DNA of 64,000 nt, taken from NCBI GenBank assembly GCA_045543555.1, contig JAZQMQ010000016.1:146852-210851 (forward strand). The letters run 5' to 3'. The position numbers were made by a program, and so were the translations under genes. Positions 1-7,454 of the stretch are shown here, one piece after another. The notes under the pieces were generated by a model. That model had not been told where the DNA came from and made no database searches. It was given only the letters and a program-made list of their open reading frames with translations. Numbering within the stretch: the first letter of the stretch is position 1; each line of letters starts with the position of its first letter. This DNA comes from Eubacteriales bacterium (GTDB taxonomy: Bacteria; Bacillota; Clostridia; Oscillospirales; CAG-272).

Positions 1-864
1 ACGGAGAAGCTCGCTGAGTTTTTCACTCTTGAGCACAAATATTGGCGAGGTCATGAGCTCCGTGAGGGGCTTGGTTGTCAGAGATGCCCCGTCATAAAAG
101 TCTTTCTGATGAACTATACCTACTATATTATCGATACTTTCCTCGTATACAGGAAGGCGCGAAAATTTTGTGTCGGTAAAGACACGTGCGATTTCTGCCT
201 TATCGGTGTTTACGTTTACTGCTTCGATGTCGACTCTGTGAGTGAGAATATCCTCAGCCTTAAGCTCGGAAAATTCGATGGCGTTACGGAGAAGGCTTCC
301 TTCCTCCTCGTCGATGCTTCCGTCCTCTTCAACCTCGTCAACGAGCATAAGGAGCTCTTCCTGTGACATTTTTGTATCGGATTTACTCTTGAATATTTTA
401 CCGATGAGCTTTTTCCACAGTGAGAAAAGGAAATTTAAGGGTGTAAACAACGTAACCAATGTACTTATGAGCGGTGCAGAGAACATAGCAAAGCCCTCGG
501 AATTGTCCTTAGCAATGCTTTTTGGCGTTATTTCACCGAAGATCAGAACGACTACGGTGATTACCGCAGTTGAAACCGTGGCACCGAGGCTTTCGTCGTT
601 TAACAAGTCAACAAAGAGCATAGTGCCGATAGAAGCCGCGGCGATGTTTACGATGTTGTTTCCGATAAGGATCGTTGAGATCAGAGAGTCGTAGTTGTCG
701 GAGAGCTTATTTACAAGCTTGGCTTTTTTGTTGCCCTTTTCAACCAAGGTCCTGATCCTTGTTCTGTTAAGAGACGAGAATGCCGTCTCGGTAGCCGAAA
801 AATAGCCGCTCATAATTGTACAGAAAAAAATTATGATAACGTAGATTATCTGTGCTTGTGTCAT
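1..864 (-). CDS. Hemolysin-family CNNM/DUF21 + CBS-domain membrane protein (TlyC/CorC type); N-terminal 288 codons, C-terminus runs off the window
   Basis: My own minus-strand translation from ATG at 862-864 gives MTQAQIIYVIIIFFCTIMSGYFSATETAFSSLNRTRIRTL...GEITPKSIAK...EEGSLLRNAIEFSELKAEDILTHRVDI...TKFSRLPVYEESIDNIVGIVHQKDF. It is open to position 1. The ORF track omits it because it is incomplete. Confidence 0.8.
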   Translation of the reverse strand, partial: MTQAQIIYVIIIFFCTIMSGYFSATETAFSSLNRTRIRTLVEKGNKKAKLVNKLSDNYDSLISTILIGNNIVNIAAASIGTMLFVDLLNDESLGATVSTAVITVVVLIFGEITPKSIAKDNSEGFAMFSAPLISTLVTLFTPLNFLFSLWKKLIGKIFKSKSDTKMSQEELLMLVDEVEEDGSIDEEEGSLLRNAIEFSELKAEDILTHRVDIEAVNVNTDKAEIARVFTDTKFSRLPVYEESIDNIVGIVHQKDFYDGASLTTKPLTELMTSPIFVLKSEKLSELLR

Positions 865-1044
865 ACTGCATTACCCCCTACGTCACGGGCAGAAAAATAA
901 GCGCAAAAAAGCACACCCAAGCCGAAACCCGACGTGGATATGCCGCTTATATTCAATATGTTGGTACTTCGATCGCAGTTACAAGTGTCACTGTCACCGT
1001 CCATTGTGATGGATGATCCTCCTGAATTAAAAGTCATTACACGT

Positions 1045-1073
1045 ATTATAACAGAACATTAATGAAAAGTCAA
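1045..1073 (-). promoter_or_regulatory. Sigma-70-type promoter for the CNNM gene leader
   Basis: On the minus strand: TTGACT (1068-1073), 17-bp spacer, TATAAT (1045-1050). It lies about 180 nt upstream of the ATG. Confidence 0.5.
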
Positions 1074-1080
1074 TAGAATT

Positions 1081-1114
1081 AAGCAAAATTCCCCCTCGTA
1101 TGTGAGGGGGAATT
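1081..1114 (-). terminator. Rho-independent terminator after the zinc-ribbon repeat protein gene
   Basis: Perfect 11-bp stem AATTCCCCCTC / GAGGGGGAATT (1087-1097 / 1104-1114) with a 6-nt loop, followed on the minus strand by TTGCTT. It sits directly after the stop at 1124. Confidence 0.75.
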
Positions 1115-1123
1115 TGCCTTGTT

Positions 1124-3076
1124 TCAGGCGCTTACTATAATGGATTTCGTGCTTTGATCGAAGATGATGCCGCACAGCGTTGCTAAATCACTTTTATTGG
1201 TTATGTTGCTTGACATTGATATAACGTCTCCGTGATTTAAGCCGGAGCGTTTGACTCTGTAATATCCGGTTGAGACAGCTTCGCCGTCGGCGTTTGTCAC
1301 TTCAATGTTGAGATGGCAATATTCGGTGCCCCACGAAGCTATATTTTCAAGCGAGAAATTTATGGTACAATCGTTTACGGTTATTTTATTCTCCTTAAGA
1401 ACGGCGTTAAGAATTATCCTTCCGTCCGACTCGCTGAAGCTGTATTCCACGTAGTTGCTCGGATCGATCACTGTGGGCTCCTCTAGACCACTGATTTCGT
1501 AGGTTACAGAGCTTGGGAAGGATATTCCATAGGTAACAAGATAGTTTTTGAGGGTATTGCTATAATCCGAGCAATTGAATGTGATGTTATTGCCGTTACG
1601 AAGTCCTGCGATATTGTAGGTGTAGTAGTTAAGCGAGATAAAACTTTCACCTTCTGCATTTTTTACTACGACCGCAATTGTAAGCTTCGAGGTTGTACGC
1701 GTTACCGCAAGCTTGAAGGTATAGTCACCGACCGTATATTCCAGCTTGTCGTCAGGAATGTTAAATCCTAATGTAGCATATTCGTTATATCCGTTAAACG
1801 TAATTTCAGCATTATCAAAGATTGCAGAATCAACAGAATCCTCAAGACCGCTTACTGTATATTGGAAGCTTGTCGGAAGCGTAATTCCGCAGTAACGCTC
1901 GATATGGTCGGGATTTGTGCCTGTCGAGAAGGTTATAACGTTGCCGTTTGCAAGGCTTTCATATTTGTCGGCAGTGTATGATATGGAATAGCTGTCGCCG
2001 GTCTTGGTGTTGCTGATGTCCAAATAAATACGGCGGCGATAGGTACTGCTTTCGTTTGAGATCTCTATATGACAGTCGCCGACTTCGTAGCTGAGCTTAC
2101 CGAAATCAATTGTCATATAACCGATCGTGTTGAAGCCTTCAAATTTAGGGCTGATCTTGGATGCTACATCAAACGCTACCGGCTCTTGCAGACCGCCGAC
2201 CTTAACGCTTGCCTCGGTGCTGTTAAAGGCTATACCGTTTCTTGCAAAATATTCACGATTATTATCCGAGAGATTGTATGTGAATTTAATGGTATCGCCG
2301 TTTTTGAGATTTTCATAGCTGTCCGTGTAGAAATAAATGTTTTCGGAGAAGTAGCTGTTATCTGTATCGCGGGTGAAATGGACGCTTACTTTCTCGTAAT
2401 TTGCATATACCGTTATGACAAGGGTTTCGGAAATGCTTCCCTCAAAGAGCTTTTCGGTAACGAGCGTTCCGTAGCCGTTGTAGCCCTTGAACTTAACGTC
2501 GGTCACGTAATCTGAAAGGTCAAAAACGGTAGGTGCTTCAAGACCGCTGACCTTAACGGATGATTTTTTAAGCAGAAGATTTCCTGCAATATATTGATCG
2601 AGGTCTTCCGGAATTGAGAGCTTTATGGAAACGTTATCGTCATTTGAGAGTCCTTCCTCATAATCAAGGTCAAGGTCGATGGCATATCTTAAGCTTCCGA
2701 CGTAATCTTCGCTTATGAATATCTCTTTTTCAAATTTTTCGAGCTTTTCATGATCCCATTCGATATGTGCAGAGCCATAGCCGTCAATACCAGAGAAGGT
2801 GACCTCAAAGCAATCATCGAGATAGTACTTTTCGGGTTGGGATGCAATTACCGAGACTATTACGATCGTTGCAATTATAAGCAGAAGAGCAACGATACAG
2901 ATGATCACGTTGCTCTTTTTAGAAAAGAATTTTTTAAGAGCGACAGATGCAGCCGAGGGGGCAGCGGCAACCGCGACGGCAGGACCGGGTGCGGCTCCCG
3001 GGACGGTAGAGCTACCGCAGCGCTCGCAGAATTTTGCGTTGTCGGGGAGCTGCGCTCCGCATTTTTCACAAAACAT
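1124..3076 (-). CDS. Zinc-ribbon (CxxC...CxxC) N-terminus, single TM helix, then five ~115-aa tandem extracytoplasmic repeat domains; function unknown
   Basis: 650-aa ORF. N-terminus is MFCEKCGAQLPDNAKFCERCGS, the hydrophobic helix is VIICIVALLLIIATIVIVSVIA, and each repeat ends in (V/I)SGLE(A/E/D)P-type junctions with F(K/E/N)GYNGYG-like starts. A terminator follows. Confidence 0.8.
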   Translation of the reverse strand: MFCEKCGAQLPDNAKFCERCGSSTVPGAAPGPAVAVAAAPSAASVALKKFFSKKSNVIICIVALLLIIATIVIVSVIASQPEKYYLDDCFEVTFSGIDGYGSAHIEWDHEKLEKFEKEIFISEDYVGSLRYAIDLDLDYEEGLSNDDNVSIKLSIPEDLDQYIAGNLLLKKSSVKVSGLEAPTVFDLSDYVTDVKFKGYNGYGTLVTEKLFEGSISETLVITVYANYEKVSVHFTRDTDNSYFSENIYFYTDSYENLKNGDTIKFTYNLSDNNREYFARNGIAFNSTEASVKVGGLQEPVAFDVASKISPKFEGFNTIGYMTIDFGKLSYEVGDCHIEISNESSTYRRRIYLDISNTKTGDSYSISYTADKYESLANGNVITFSTGTNPDHIERYCGITLPTSFQYTVSGLEDSVDSAIFDNAEITFNGYNEYATLGFNIPDDKLEYTVGDYTFKLAVTRTTSKLTIAVVVKNAEGESFISLNYYTYNIAGLRNGNNITFNCSDYSNTLKNYLVTYGISFPSSVTYEISGLEEPTVIDPSNYVEYSFSESDGRIILNAVLKENKITVNDCTINFSLENIASWGTEYCHLNIEVTNADGEAVSTGYYRVKRSGLNHGDVISMSSNITNKSDLATLCGIIFDQSTKSIIVSA

Positions 3077-3111
3077 AGATGAAACTCCTTAAAATTAATA
3101 TTGACGGTAAT

Positions 3112-3140
3112 ATTATACTACCAAAACGTTCGTAATTCAA
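3112..3140 (-). promoter_or_regulatory. Candidate promoter for the zinc-ribbon repeat protein gene
   Basis: On the minus strand: TTGAAT (3135-3140), 17-bp spacer, TATAAT (3112-3117). Confidence 0.45.
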
Positions 3141-3178
3141 GACGGGAATTCCAAAAAAGTCGGATTATCGGTTTTTCA

Positions 3179-3207
3179 TTGACATTTGCAGATTGGTGGA
3201 TTATAAT
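3179..3207 (+). promoter_or_regulatory. Consensus sigma-70 promoter for the LysR-family gene
   Basis: TTGACA (3179-3184), 17-bp spacer, TATAAT (3202-3207). Confidence 0.55.
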
Positions 3208-3240
3208 AAAAAATGAAATAAAAACGAAAGGTTGAAGCGG

Positions 3241-4140
3241 ATGACAAAATATATTGCTTTTTGCAAGATAGTTGAAAACAAATCCTTCACCCGTGCGGCT
3301 GAATCCCTTGGATACACACAGGCGGCAATCAGCCAGATGGTCCGCACTCTCGAAAAGGAACTGGGGATCGCGCTTTTTCTTCGCGGCAGAAAAGAGGTTC
3401 GCCTGACGGCAGAGGGTCAGAGACTGTATCCCTTTATAAGAAAGCTTGTTCATTCACACAGCGAGCTTATCAGCCGTGCGGAAGAGATAAACGGGCTTGA
3501 TTCGGGTGAAATACGTATCGGCACCTTTTCGAGTATGTCACAGCGTCTTCTTCCCGGTGTAATGAACGACTTTTCAAATCTTTATCCGGGAATAAAGTTC
3601 GTTTTGTCACCCGGAGATAATACGACTCTGCCCGAACAGATAAAAAACGGTATGATCGATTTCGGATTTGTGTATCCTGAGGCCAGTCAAGGACTGACTT
3701 GCCCTCCGATATGTCGCGACAGATTCCTTGCGGTTTTTCCCGAAGGTCATCCCCTTGCGAAGAAAAAGAGCGTCAGCCTTAAAACAATGGCTGAACAACC
3801 GCTGATAATAGTGGATGAAGGCGGGGTTAATACCGTCCTTAAGGCATTTGAAAGCAGTAATATTACTCCAAATGTAAAATATCGAATACACGATGACAAT
3901 ACCATACTTTCTATGGTCGAAAAGGGTATAGGCGTAAGCATACTTCCAACAATGATCTTGGGCAAGAGCGCGTATCGCCTCGTTACCGTGCCAATATCCA
4001 CGCCTGTTGAAAGAACGGTGGGTATGGCTTATTTAAGCGAAGAGCTTTTGTCGGTTGCAGCGAAGCGATTTATAGGCTTTATGAAGGAAAATATAGGCAA
4101 ATATTTGCCCGAAGAATATATTTTGAATGTAGATAACTGA
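3241..4140 (+). CDS. LysR-family transcriptional regulator
   Basis: N-terminal HTH MTKYIAFCKIVENKSFTRAAESLGYTQAAISQMVRTLEKELGIALF followed by a LysR substrate-binding-type body. I prefer ATG 3241 (GAAAGG 9 nt upstream) over the track's TTG at 3232. Confidence 0.9.
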   Translation: MTKYIAFCKIVENKSFTRAAESLGYTQAAISQMVRTLEKELGIALFLRGRKEVRLTAEGQRLYPFIRKLVHSHSELISRAEEINGLDSGEIRIGTFSSMSQRLLPGVMNDFSNLYPGIKFVLSPGDNTTLPEQIKNGMIDFGFVYPEASQGLTCPPICRDRFLAVFPEGHPLAKKKSVSLKTMAEQPLIIVDEGGVNTVLKAFESSNITPNVKYRIHDDNTILSMVEKGIGVSILPTMILGKSAYRLVTVPISTPVERTVGMAYLSEELLSVAAKRFIGFMKENIGKYLPEEYILNVDN

Positions 4141-4472
4141 TGAACGAATACGTTAAGATGATTGAAGCGCGCCTTGACATGGATCAGGTCGATATGCTTG
4201 AAAGCATTTATGCGCCGAAGGGGTTGCGACTCCATTAGCCGACGCAAGACGTGATATTTGTATCCTGAAGGACGGCAAATCAGAAGCTACGGTTACATTT
4301 GAGTTCGACGTTGACAAGGGTTTTGCAAGAGTATCGGATGAAAACCGAGTGCTTTTTGACGTTAAAATGAAAAATCCCGCACCTTGCGGAATCTCATATC
4401 TCATAATTAAGTGTATGCCCGACGGTGAAAGCAACGGCGCATATATAAGAAAGCTTGAAATGAAGGCTGAAT
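4140..4472 (+). pseudogene. Small (~110 aa) uncharacterised ORF split by a frameshift at a G4 run
   Basis: ATG 4140 overlaps the LysR stop (TGATG). Frame A reads MNEYVKMIEARLDMDQVDMLESIYAPKG... and hits TAG at 4236. The adjacent frame continues VATPLADARRDICILKDGKSEATVTFEFDVDKGFARVSDENRVLFDVKMKNPAPCGISYLIIKCMPDGESNGAYIRKLEMKAE to TAA 4470-4472, immediately before a terminator. The frames switch at GGGG 4219-4222. Confidence 0.45.
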
Positions 4473-4478
4473 AACTTA

Positions 4479-4516
4479 AACACCGCATTGTCCGTTCGGA
4501 CAATGCGGTGATTTTT
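4479..4516. terminator. Bidirectional rho-independent terminator
   Basis: 13-14-bp stem CACCGCATTGTCCG / CGGACAATGCGGTG followed by a T7 run. It lies between convergent genes. Confidence 0.8.
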
Positions 4517-4521
4517 TTATA

Positions 4522-5478
4522 TCAATAAAATGTTGTTACGATCTCCTCGGGAGCGTCGCATTTTTCGGCTTTTACGTTTGTAAGAACGGGGCCTGTTTTC
4601 CCGTAGAGGGCGCAGTTTTTGACAACCACGGTGGCGTTTATTCTGTACCACTCGCCTTTTTCGACGTTAGCTCCTCCGTTTTCACAGAGCAGACCGCTGT
4701 AGGTGATGTCGTCGGCACAGCAGGTCATTATCTGTCTGCCGATTACGAATTCGTCCTTCTTAAGACGGTCGTTCCTTGTGGATTGACCGATAAAGGTCAC
4801 CTTTTTGCCGTCGTAGGATGGCATATTATCGGCAAGGTCGCGATACCACAGCGCGTAATCTCTGTCCTCGATTACAATGAGGCCTGCGTTGACGTCGAAG
4901 GGCAGGGGATCGACCACGTCATCGTAATTGAAGGTGCCGTCGGAGTTTTCGTAAATGATATCTGTGCGTCTGCTGACACCTCTTACAAGCTTATGAAGGG
5001 GTGTTGTATCGGGAACACTCTCCGAACGGTTGAAAACTACCAGCTCGCAGAAGGAAAGCTTGTCTACCATAAGGTTTCGCATGTTGGCATTGTAGACCTC
5101 GGCGGTGTTTGCGTCGATGAAGGTCATTATCTGATATACGATCCAGCTCTGAGGCAGGGATGCAAAGAGGTCGGAAACAAGCCACATTCCGTTGTATTCA
5201 AGCAGAATTCGTGTCGCCTTGTGCTTGCGGCGGAGAGCTTCGAGCTTGTCGGGGTTTAGTTTTGCCTTATCGTCGATTATCTCAACGAATACGTCGGGAG
5301 AAGCAAAAACCGAAGGATCGGGTTCGACCTCGCCCTCCTCGCATAGGAGGAGCAGGGTACGGTCGCCGTTTTTATAGAATTTGGGGTCGGAGAGGGTGTC
5401 GTTTATAAACGTCGTCTTTCCGCCCTCAAGAAAGCCCGTGAAAAGATATACGGGGTATTCCTCGCGTTTACCGAACAT
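4522..5478 (-). CDS. CobW/G3E-like P-loop protein lacking the CxCC motif, with a DUF1980-like C-terminal CC-motif domain
   Basis: Walker A is GFLEGGKTTF. The C-terminus VIGRQIMTCCADDITYSGLL...W...PEEIVTTFY resembles the C-terminal domain of DUF1980/TIGR03943 proteins. It sits 3 nt downstream of the COG0523 gene in the same operon. Confidence 0.7.
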   Translation of the reverse strand: MFGKREEYPVYLFTGFLEGGKTTFINDTLSDPKFYKNGDRTLLLLCEEGEVEPDPSVFASPDVFVEIIDDKAKLNPDKLEALRRKHKATRILLEYNGMWLVSDLFASLPQSWIVYQIMTFIDANTAEVYNANMRNLMVDKLSFCELVVFNRSESVPDTTPLHKLVRGVSRRTDIIYENSDGTFNYDDVVDPLPFDVNAGLIVIEDRDYALWYRDLADNMPSYDGKKVTFIGQSTRNDRLKKDEFVIGRQIMTCCADDITYSGLLCENGGANVEKGEWYRINATVVVKNCALYGKTGPVLTNVKAEKCDAPEEIVTTFY

Positions 5479-5480
5479 AA

Positions 5481-6656
5481 TTAACCTCTTTCAAAAAGAT
5501 GCTTGAGTGCGTGCTTGTCAAGTCCCGTTCCGATAACGCAGAGCTTGCCTGTGAAGTCGGCTGTACCGTAGCGAACGTTCTTCTCACCCGGAACGTAGTC
5601 GAAATGGATCCATTTTCCGTCCTCGGAGGGAACGATTCCCTTTGCGCGGAGAACCATGCCGAAGCGTCCCGTCATCATTTCATCAAGACAGTACTCGATG
5701 AATTCTGCGGTATATTTTTCAGCGGTCTCGATGCCCCAGCTTGTGAAAACGTCGTCTGCGTGATGGTGACCGTGATGATCGTGATGGTGATGATGCTCAT
5801 GGCAATCGCAATCGGGATCGTCGCACTCGTGATCGTGGTCGTGATGATGGTGGTGCTCGTGGCAGTCACAATCGGGATCATCGCACTCGTGATCGTGGTC
5901 GTGATGATGGTGGTGCTCGTGGCAGTCGCAATCGGGATCATCGCACTCGTGATCGTGGTCGTGATGATGGTGGTGCTCGTGGCAGTCGCAATCGGGATCG
6001 TCACACTCGTGATGGTGATGATGATGCTCTTCCATCATCTTTTCAATCTCGGATTTAATACCCGAAAGTCCTTCTATTGCTTTGAGGATCGTTTTTCCAT
6101 CAAGCTCTTCCCAGTCGGTTGTGATTATAGGAGCCTTATCATTTACGCTCTTGATGATGTCGATGCATTCGTCAAGCTTTTCCTTTTTTATTGTTGCGGT
6201 GCGCGACAGTACGATGGCAGAAGCGTGCTCGATCTGATTTTCATAGAATTCCGAGAAATTCTTCATATACATCTTGCATTTGGTCGCGTCGATTACAGCA
6301 CAGAAAACGTTAAGTGAAAGGTCGGCGATTCCGGCCTTTTCAACAGCGCCTATAACGTCGGATAGCTTACCTACGCCCGAGGGTTCGATTATGATTCGGT
6401 CGGGAGCATACTCCTCCTGCACCTTTTTAAGAGCTTCTCCGAAGTCACCGACAAGGGAGCAGCAGATGCATCCCGAATTCATTTCGGTTACGTTTATTCC
6501 CGCCTCGGTGAGAAATCCGCCGTCGATTCCGATCTGTCCGAATTCGTTTTCAATAAGAACGAGTTTTTCACCCGAATATGCTTCCTTTATGAGCTTTTTA
6601 ATAAGTGTGGTCTTTCCTGCACCGAGAAATCCCGAAAATATATCAACCTTTGTCAT
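5481..6656 (-). CDS. COG0523-family (CobW/ZigA/YjiA-like) metallochaperone GTPase with an expanded His/Cys/Asp-rich insert
   Basis: Motifs GFLGAGKTTLIKKL, ENEFGQIGID and the CxCC motif GCICCSL are present. I prefer start ATG 6654-6656 (MTKVDIFSG) with GGAGGA 4 nt upstream. The track's TTG at 6719 coincides with the -35 box. Confidence 0.9.
   Translation of the reverse strand: MTKVDIFSGFLGAGKTTLIKKLIKEAYSGEKLVLIENEFGQIGIDGGFLTEAGINVTEMNSGCICCSLVGDFGEALKKVQEEYAPDRIIIEPSGVGKLSDVIGAVEKAGIADLSLNVFCAVIDATKCKMYMKNFSEFYENQIEHASAIVLSRTATIKKEKLDECIDIIKSVNDKAPIITTDWEELDGKTILKAIEGLSGIKSEIEKMMEEHHHHHHECDDPDCDCHEHHHHHDHDHECDDPDCDCHEHHHHHDHDHECDDPDCDCHEHHHHHDHDHECDDPDCDCHEHHHHHDHHGHHHADDVFTSWGIETAEKYTAEFIEYCLDEMMTGRFGMVLRAKGIVPSEDGKWIHFDYVPGEKNVRYGTADFTGKLCVIGTGLDKHALKHLFERG
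5765..6035. repeat. 60-bp tandem repeat (three near-identical full units plus partial flanks) inside the COG0523 gene
   Basis: Units at 5821-5880, 5881-5940 and 5941-6000 differ by 1-2 nt. They encode four copies of ECDDPDCDCHEHHHHHDHDH. Confidence 0.9.
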
Positions 6657-6690
6657 ATTATCCTCCGTAAATTTATATTTACAACGTCTT

Positions 6691-6719
6691 ATTCTATCAC
6701 AAAGCGTCTTCAAGTTCAA
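6691..6719 (-). promoter_or_regulatory. Candidate promoter of the COG0523 operon
   Basis: On the minus strand: TTGAAC (6714-6719), 17-bp spacer, TGA-TAGAAT (extended -10, 6691-6699). Confidence 0.5.
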
Positions 6720-6786
6720 TAAGTTACGATTAAAATTTACATAAAGGAAATCTTTTATGATAATTTGTTACTTTTTTTCGCTTTCA

Positions 6787-6815
6787 TTGACATTTGGGCA
6801 ACATAGTAGTATAAT
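6787..6815 (+). promoter_or_regulatory. Consensus sigma-70 promoter for the lipoprotein-nifS-murD gene string
   Basis: TTGACA (6787-6792), 17-bp spacer, TATAAT (6810-6815). Confidence 0.55.
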
Positions 6816-6854
6816 TACGATGTATATCTATTTTTAAAAAACGGAGAACCAAAA

Positions 6855-7454
6855 ATGAAAAGAACAGTTTCGCTCATCATCGCTCTTATACTTTGTATAA
6901 TCACTCTCGTTTCCTGCTCCGGAGCCGACGATTACGTGCCCGCGGGCTATAAGAGAGCTTCAAACAAAAATGCCGATTACGAGCTTTACGTGCCGGAAGG
7001 CTGGACTGTCGATATGTCGACCGGTGTTACCACCGCTTATGCACCCGACCGCTCAAACATTTCATTTGTGGGCTTTGAGCTCGACGACACCATGATACAG
7101 TTTGATCCCGTAACCACCACGGGTGAGGATGATGCCGATACCGATAGCTCAGACGATGAAACAACCGATATTAAGACAGTTGACGACTATTGGAACTACT
7201 ACGAAGGTACCTTCAAGGGGACATTCTCCGATATGGAATATATGACTAACGGTGAAAATATGCTCATTTCGGGTATTGAGGCTAAAAAGTACGCTTATAA
7301 GGCAACCGTTACCGAGATCCAATACGTGTTTATGCAGGTGGTTGCTATCAAGGATAAGACCGTGTACGTTTTCACCTACACTGCACGCGAAAATCTCTAT
7401 GAAGGTCATCTTGATGAAGTTGACGAGATTCTTGGTTATTTAAAGATAAAGTAA
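6855..7454 (+). CDS. Lipoprotein of unknown function
   Basis: Signal peptide with lipobox LVSC (MKRTVSLIIALILCIITLVSCSG), good SD (GGAGAA), acidic D/T-rich central stretch. Confidence 0.75.
   Translation: MKRTVSLIIALILCIITLVSCSGADDYVPAGYKRASNKNADYELYVPEGWTVDMSTGVTTAYAPDRSNISFVGFELDDTMIQFDPVTTTGEDDADTDSSDDETTDIKTVDDYWNYYEGTFKGTFSDMEYMTNGENMLISGIEAKKYAYKATVTEIQYVFMQVVAIKDKTVYVFTYTARENLYEGHLDEVDEILGYLKIK

Noticed and set aside
4153-4503. The 116-aa minus-strand ORF between the LysR gene and the CobW-like gene.
   Set aside because: It has no SD and an implausible composition, and it runs through the bidirectional terminator. The plus strand shows a protein-like (frameshifted) ORF coupled to the LysR stop.
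5765-6035. A regularly spaced 60-bp repeat that could look like a CRISPR array; likewise 18759-19031.
   Set aside because: The units are directly tandem with no unique spacers. They lie inside long ORFs and encode coherent peptide repeats. No cas genes are nearby.
5499-6317. Long antisense ORFs (272 aa and 109 aa) across the His-rich repeat of the COG0523 gene.
   Set aside because: These are artefacts of the low-complexity repeat read on the opposite strand (poly-V/M/I). The sense strand carries all the COG0523 motifs.
6657-6719. The track's TTG start at 6719, which adds 21 residues to the COG0523 protein.
   Set aside because: That TTG is part of the predicted -35 box (TTGAAC). A canonical GGAGGA-N4-ATG at 6656 begins right at the conserved P-loop strand.
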